Assembly: GCA_009859145.1 (NCBI GenBank)
Contig: VRVR01000035.1
Span: 37,978-101,977, forward strand
Reading direction: 5' to 3'
DNA: 64,000 nucleotides
Source: Andalucia godoyi And28
Taxonomy: Eukaryota > Protista > Jakobida
The translations under genes and the position numbers were made by a program. The stretch's first letter is position 1; every line of letters starts with the position of its first letter. This document shows, in pieces, positions 58,411 through 64,000 of this stretch. The notes beneath the pieces were generated by a model. That model had not been told where the DNA came from. It saw only the letters and a program-made list of their open reading frames with translations, and searched no databases.

Positions 58411-61400
58411 TTACGGCTGCTTGGACAGCTTGGTGTCGAAAAGCATCCGGCGCCGTGCTTCGCGAATGAGAAGAATCATGTCGAGATGGGAAGCACGGGT
58501 GCTAGAGGGCTTCGATGCAGACCGCAATTGCTGGATGTCTGCGTCCGACTGGCAAATGAGGGCTGCGACGTCCTTCATAAAGTCCGTTGAGATCAACGAC
58601 GTTTGGTAAAGATCCTTTTGCGGTACGGATGTCCTTAACGAGGACAATTCTTCTTGGAGCTTGAAAAAGTCTTCTTGCATGCTTCGCAGCTGCTCTTTCC
58701 TGGAGCGGTTCTCACTATTTGTCGTCTCATACTGCTTTTGTAGCGACTGCGTGATTCTCTCGAGCTTTTCCACATCACCGGTGGACTTCATCAGCTTTTC
58801 TCGGACAATGGAGTGCTCGTGCTCAAGCTGTTCTCGCACTTCCAGCTCTTTCAGGGCAGATTCCATTTCACTACGCAGAAGCCTCAGCTCTTCTTTCATC
58901 GAGCTCTCCCTCTTCTTCTCATGTTCCATGTGCAGCCTGGCTTCCTCCTCTCTCCTTTGGATGGCGTCCAGAGCCGCCCTGTACTTCGTTTCCGTGCCTT
59001 TCTGAAGCCGTTCTTGCTTGTCTTGCAGTTCATGGAGAAGAATATCTTGCTTCGTCGACGCGACTTTGGTAATACCTTCCAGATAAAGCCGTTCCAGCTG
59101 GTCCAAATCAGAAACTTCCAGCGACGACAGGTCCTCTGCGCACAGCCGGCGATATTTCGTAGCGAGTTCGGAATACTCGCGCTGCATTGTTTCGTAACAT
59201 GATTTCACATGATCCAGTTCTCTTTCTGCGAGCAGGTATTCCCGATTCATTAAATGCAAACGCGCGGAATGGGGCACACCGATGGCTCCTGTCCAGCCAC
59301 CAGCAGACTCAACGACGATGCTGCATCGCTGACTAGCTGCTATGAGGGTAGTCCTCTTCCCGGACATTGTTTTCGAAGGTTTTGCAATTTTCTCATTTGA
59401 CTGCGATTGGTGGGCCAGCTGGCCTTCTTTTCCAGAGCCCCACGAGTACATTTCCCCGTACTCGGTGACGCAGAGCGAATGATAGGACGTCGGACCGGAA
59501 AAAATCAGGGCGACTTTGACGGCTTGGAGCCCTTCAACCAACACCGGTTCGTAGCGGTCTTTGGAGTCGCCACATCCAAGACGGCCAGAATTGCCGGATC
59601 CCCATGCCCAAATTCTTCCCAGAGTGTCAAGGGCCAAGCAGTGCGAAGAGCCAGATGTGATGGAGATAATGTGCTTCCCAACCAACGACTGGATGCGTAT
59701 CGGAACGTCCACTTCTCTGCTTTCCGTGGTCGGGATGCCGCACTGTCCATTGGTGTTCTGCCCGCAAACCCAGATCTGCCCGGCATCGGACAGAAAAATC
59801 GTGTGATTCCGCCCACAGCACACGTCTATCAGTTTCGTCTGCGCTTCTCCTGCGACAGCAGGGAACTGTATCCTCTGCGGAGTGACTACACACTCGGTAG
59901 TGCCAAGACCAAGCTGCCCGAAGCGAGCCATTCCCCAGACCCACACTGATCCGTCATCCGTCACAGCAGCAGAGTGGTTCCAGCCTGCCGCAATTTTGAT
60001 CACTCGACACTTCTCAAACTCCGTGTCCAGTCCGACGAGATGAAGAGCTTGTACTGCTGCATTCGTGTTCCCAATTCCGCATTCGCCGTTGCTGTTTGCA
60101 CCGGATGCATACACATTTCCGCTTCTTCCCAGAATTAGCGTGTGGTTTCCTCCGCAAGAAACGGAGAGTATGTCTAGGTACGGAGAGTTGGAGTTGGAGC
60201 TACCGGACGCAGATCCGGGTCTTGAATCAGGAGCATAACCAGCACCTCGAATTTTGGAAAGCAGTGTTCCTTGCGGACCCCCGACCGCACACTGTCCGTA
60301 CGTGTTTGATCCCCAAGCGATGATTCTGCCGCTCTGCAGACAAAGAACAACGTGGGCATAACCCACGGCAACGCCTCGAACATGATCTCCTTCTGCAATC
60401 TCGAAGGAATTGTCCGTGTCCAGAGCCAGCGGATACGATACATAGTTCTCATCTTGCGCCTCGGAGCCGCTGATGGACTTTTCTCCAAACACGTGGACAA
60501 TATGCCGTAGCTGCGCTCCGGAAGCTGGTCGATCTGGTGTCGGAGAACTGGATTGCTGCAGCGGACGCACTTGGAACATCGACCTTTGCAAAGGAGGGAT
60601 CATCGGGCCTCTTGGTCTTCCTTTAGGAGAATTCAGCTGCTCTCCGGAACGCCCATCCGATCCAAATTCTGCAGTAGGAAACATCGGGCCGGTTTCACCC
60701 ATGAGCTGAAACTCTGCTTCTTCCGGTTCGAATGTGCAGAAGACACAGGTGGCTCCAGCAAATACGCGCTTAATCGACTTATCAGCAACCGATTCAACAC
60801 GGATCGGAGAGTATTCGACACACGGCTTCACGCTCCCGCCAACTGATCTTGGAACATCCAGGCCCCATGCAAAAAGACTTCCATCACTTGTTAGACTGTA
60901 CGACGAGTCATGCGATACTGCAATACCGATTGTCTTCGTGGAGAGGTCGACGATTTGTATCCGAACAGGCGCCCAGGAATCGGTGCGTACTCCGGTGCCC
61001 AGGCTTCCCGATGCATTCCTACCCCAGGCAAACACAATCCCTTCCGAAGTGGTAGCAAGAAAGTGGCGATCTCCAGCACAGGCGCTGACTATTCTATGTG
61101 AAAACAGCGATTCCAAGGCATGCGGTGGAAAATTTCGAATATCCTTTAAGTGGCCCCATTGTACGCACCTACCGTCAGCAAGTACTGCCACACATGCTTC
61201 TTCTCCAACTGCAATTAGCGACACCTTTTCACCAAACTTGGCAAGGGACTTGATGAGCCGTGGCTTCCGAACAACGGGCTCCATGGACGCAAATCCCAGC
61301 TGCCCCATGTCGGATCTTCCGCAAGAATAGATTCGTCCAGAAGATGCGCCAATGAATGTCGTGTTGTACCCAGCCCAGACCATGGAAATCTTCTCTTCTA

Positions 61401-61920
61401 CTGCTTTGTCGTTTGCAGTTGCCTGATACATGACAGGGACCGGAACCGGATGTGTCAGGCGAGAAATGGCATCCAGCCCGAGTTGGCCATCCGAACCGTC
61501 TCCCCAGGCATACAGTTTGTTGTCGTCCCTACAAACGACCAAGTAATGGTCGGAACCCGCGGCAATCTGAGACACGGTCTTCTCCACAAAGAAAGGATGG
61601 AGCTGGAGTTCCACCTCGAAGACATCCGACTGACGAGAAAACAAACTGCCGGTCATGCTTCGAAAACTTCCAAACAGGTTCGGCAGGTCATCTTCTCCAG
61701 AGGATGTTTTCAGCAAGATCGAGTACAGTTTCCAGTCTCGAGACAGCAACAGACCTCCGTTCCTGGAGAAGCATACTTTGTCAATGCCGCCTGGCACGAC
61801 AATTTTAAGGTTCCGAAAAGGCGGATGCTGGTGATATGCAAACACAAACTCCTTCTCACGCATTCTCTCTTCTTTCTTCTTGAGAAGTAATGTACAAGCG
61901 CTATAAATTATCGATGACAC
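58411..61920 (-). CDS. RCC1/BLIP-II repeat protein (two beta-propeller blocks) with C-terminal coiled coil
   Basis: Many RCC1 repeats (IAAGSDHYL..YAWGDGSDGQLG; VSCGGNHTL..YASGANSNGECG; IAAGWNHSA..WVWGMARFGQLG; WAWGSGNSGRLG; YSWGSGKEGQL); heptad-rich tail. Alternative ATG at 61863. Confidence 0.88.
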   Translation of the reverse strand: MSSIIYSACTLLLKKKEERMREKEFVFAYHQHPPFRNLKIVVPGGIDKVCFSRNGGLLLSRDWKLYSILLKTSSGEDDLPNLFGSFRSMTGSLFSRQSDVFEVELQLHPFFVEKTVSQIAAGSDHYLVVCRDDNKLYAWGDGSDGQLGLDAISRLTHPVPVPVMYQATANDKAVEEKISMVWAGYNTTFIGASSGRIYSCGRSDMGQLGFASMEPVVRKPRLIKSLAKFGEKVSLIAVGEEACVAVLADGRCVQWGHLKDIRNFPPHALESLFSHRIVSACAGDRHFLATTSEGIVFAWGRNASGSLGTGVRTDSWAPVRIQIVDLSTKTIGIAVSHDSSYSLTSDGSLFAWGLDVPRSVGGSVKPCVEYSPIRVESVADKSIKRVFAGATCVFCTFEPEEAEFQLMGETGPMFPTAEFGSDGRSGEQLNSPKGRPRGPMIPPLQRSMFQVRPLQQSSSPTPDRPASGAQLRHIVHVFGEKSISGSEAQDENYVSYPLALDTDNSFEIAEGDHVRGVAVGYAHVVLCLQSGRIIAWGSNTYGQCAVGGPQGTLLSKIRGAGYAPDSRPGSASGSSNSNSPYLDILSVSCGGNHTLILGRSGNVYASGANSNGECGIGNTNAAVQALHLVGLDTEFEKCRVIKIAAGWNHSAAVTDDGSVWVWGMARFGQLGLGTTECVVTPQRIQFPAVAGEAQTKLIDVCCGRNHTIFLSDAGQIWVCGQNTNGQCGIPTTESREVDVPIRIQSLVGKHIISITSGSSHCLALDTLGRIWAWGSGNSGRLGCGDSKDRYEPVLVEGLQAVKVALIFSGPTSYHSLCVTEYGEMYSWGSGKEGQLAHQSQSNEKIAKPSKTMSGKRTTLIAASQRCSIVVESAGGWTGAIGVPHSARLHLMNREYLLAERELDHVKSCYETMQREYSELATKYRRLCAEDLSSLEVSDLDQLERLYLEGITKVASTKQDILLHELQDKQERLQKGTETKYRAALDAIQRREEEARLHMEHEKKRESSMKEELRLLRSEMESALKELEVREQLEHEHSIVREKLMKSTGDVEKLERITQSLQKQYETTNSENRSRKEQLRSMQEDFFKLQEELSSLRTSVPQKDLYQTSLISTDFMKDVAALICQSDADIQQLRSASKPSSTRASHLDMILLIREARRRMLFDTKLSKQP

Positions 61921-62226
61921 ACATCATACGAACAACATGCAAACAACAAACAACAGCAACAACAACAACAGAAGCGCCAAAACCGAAAACCGTTCTTGTC
62001 CACAGAACAGTAAAAAAATTCAAAAAAGAAAAAAAAAATTGGAAAGAAAACATATTCAACCGCAGAAGCCAGAAAAAACTGACGTACACGGAGAAGACGT
62101 CGTCAATTGTCGACTGCTGCTCAAGAAGGAGGGGAAAGTGTGTGCGAAAAAATCCGTGTTCATGGCTGCGGTGTGCAGAGCGAGGCTCGTGTTGCGAGTG
62201 ATTCTTGGCCATTAACCATTTTCTTC

Positions 62227-63335
62227 ATGAGCGAGCGAGAGAGAGAACGAGAGAGGGCGAGAGAAATGCAGTGTCCGAGTGCTCTGACGTCGATTCATGT
62301 GAATCCAGTATCAAAGAGTAGTATTTTAGCGAGTTGTTCAGACGTGTGTGGAAACCACTGGATGGGGTGTCTGTTTGTGTTCAAGCCGACTGAAGACGGG
62401 ATTTTCTTCGAGGAGCAGTTCTCAAGCGAGTTGCCTGTTGGTGTGTCTGTTTGTCGCTGGATCTCGGAATCACAGTGTGTTTTCGGGTTGGATGACGGAT
62501 CCATCTGTGCTTCCAAAGCGCACAAACTGGACGACTTTTCGCTTGTGGCAGCACATGCAGCAGGCGTAACATCACTGCATGCTCTGAAGGGAAATAAAGT
62601 GATATCCACGTCTGTGGACGGTTCCGTCATCTGCTCTGATCTTGATCTTGATGATTATCAGACGGTGTGGTCGATTCCACCATCTGTCGGTCACTGTGGA
62701 TCCATCACGGCGAGTGCTGTTGTCGATTCGGTGCTGTTCACTGCGGGTTCAGATCGAAGGATCCGTGCGTGGAATGCCAAGGATGGGACACCTCTCGAGC
62801 TTTGCGCAACGGCTGCTGAAGTGGTTTCCAAGATCACGGTCGTGTCGAATGAAGTCGTGGTTCTTGGAGATGTGACTGGCGCCGTTTCTCTTCTCAGGAG
62901 AGATGATAACAGGTGGAAATACATTGAGGAATCCATCAAGGTTTGTTTTCTTCCTCTTTCTTTCTGTCTTCTTTCTTCCTCCCTCCCGCTTCCACACCAC
63001 CACCACCACCTCTTCCTGCTGTGATGTTTATCACTACGAGACTGGGTCTAAAAACTCACGCATATTGTTATTTTTTTAATTTTTTTCATTTTCCATGAAT
63101 GTACAATAAGAAGCTGCACTCGTCGCAAATCACAGACTTTGCGGTCGTGGACGGTTCGGCTGTTCTTTCTTCAGGTATAGATGGTCGCGTGGTCCTTTTT
63201 GAAATTGTCGGGAGCTCTGTCGCACCATCCAAAGTAGTGCATGCAGTCCATTGCGGAGTCCATGCGATTGCCTTTGGAAATGCAAAGGTATACATGGGAT
63301 GCTCTGATGGAAAATTGATCGCATTGCCAATGTGA
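62227..63335 (+). CDS. WDR77: WD40 protein resembling methylosome protein 50 (MEP50/WDR77); two exons, join(62227..62940, ~63111..63335)
   Basis: GNHWMGCLFVF and GVSVCRWISESQCVFGLDDGSI align by eye to MEP50 (TWGGSIWVF; GVTDVAWVSEKGILVASDSGAV). WD repeats continue after a phase-0 intron: KLHSSQITDFAV..VLSSGIDGRVVLFEI. Confidence 0.7.
62941..63110 (+). other. Spliceosomal intron (GT...AG, phase 0); acceptor at 63110 or 63113
   Basis: AAG|GTTTGT donor, pyrimidine-rich body, and an in-frame stop if unspliced. The WD40 frame resumes after AATAAG or AAGAAG. Confidence 0.7.
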
Positions 63336-63348
63336 TCGCACCTTCTAG

Positions 63349-64000
63349 CTACTGGTTTTTCTTGGCGCTGTCGGGCGCATCCGTCGTCGGCGTTTCCCTT
63401 TCTTTTTGTCCGACTCTTCTACTATGCCTCTCTGCTATCGTATTGTATGTCGCCATCAGAAAGATGCACACCATGGCAAACCACATGAGAAACGTGTTAT
63501 AGATAAAAGATGGATCCGGACGCAACCCGAGAATAGCAATTGGTGCGCTCCATCGACCCAAAAAGAATGCTGGGGGCTGCTCGAACCCGTGGTGAGCTTC
63601 CGGTCCATATTGCTCGACTGCAAGACTCCATTTTCGAAACGGGATTTCCACAGTCGCAGGGCGCACGCATTGCTGCAGACTAACGTAAATCAATAGTTTT
63701 CCGCTGGCTGAATTGTCAACTCTGTCGAACACTGCATCTCTCACGGCTATGCGATTCACATCTGTGTCATAGTCAATCGCTCCAAGCTTGGAAACAACCA
63801 AGGGGTATGACACGTTGAGACGAAAGTGTGGGGCCACAAAATATGGAGAACAGCGAATAAAGTACAACAACGACCCTGCAGGCTGTCCAGTCCCGGCAAC
63901 AGCAGCGGTAAGCAAAATGGGAGAATCCACGCGACGTTCCGACCGAGAGCGATCCCCGAAAGACCGTGCGATGTACTGCAGAGTGAACGTAACCGAACTC
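63349..64000 (-). CDS. PIGT: GPI transamidase subunit PIG-T/Gpi16, C-terminal part (5' truncated by window edge)
   Basis: QYGPEAHHGFEQPPA (cf. EYPPDANHGF) and RPDPSFIYNTF + TM + YNTIAER (cf. TPDFSMPYNV..TM..NLLTR); C-terminal KKNQ* fits a KKxx ER-retrieval signal; frame open to the window edge. Confidence 0.75.
   Translation of the reverse strand, partial: SSVTFTLQYIARSFGDRSRSERRVDSPILLTAAVAGTGQPAGSLLYFIRCSPYFVAPHFRLNVSYPLVVSKLGAIDYDTDVNRIAVRDAVFDRVDNSASGKLLIYVSLQQCVRPATVEIPFRKWSLAVEQYGPEAHHGFEQPPAFFLGRWSAPIAILGLRPDPSFIYNTFLMWFAMVCIFLMATYNTIAERHSRRVGQKERETPTTDAPDSAKKNQ

Overview
Gene-dense eukaryotic nuclear DNA from a compact, intron-poor microbial eukaryote (protist). It uses the standard genetic code, has ~24 mostly single-exon genes, short AT-rich or microsatellite-bearing intergenic spacers, and only one intron that I can support. 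The organism cannot be determined from the sequence. The left edge holds a frameshifted, internally deleted hAT transposon with a BED finger. Housekeeping genes: enolase-phosphatase E1, HIBCH, aspartyl aminopeptidase, RAD1, type-1 cystatin, DUF2039/C9orf85, UTP21/WDR36, DPE2, a MEP50-like WD40 protein and a partial PIG-T. Chromatin enzymes: an H3K9-type SET methyltransferase and a KDM4-like demethylase. The most unusual content is signalling and regulatory: (1) a tandem pair of ~1,800-1,900 aa, ~12-TM adenylyl cyclases with two conserved putative ectodomains; (2) a PH + 2x myosin-TH1-like + RUN protein; (3) a Rab-like GTPase with degenerate G3/G4/G5 and a Ras-type CaaX end; (4) a fungal Ert1/AcuK-like Zn2Cys6-PAS factor with a ~36-Gln tract; (5) an NYN-wHTH protein with eroded catalytic acidic residues; (6) a retropepsin-like orphan; (7) a bacterial-looking GNAT. 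No tRNA, rRNA or CRISPR array was recognised. All family assignments come from motif recognition by eye; no database searches were run.
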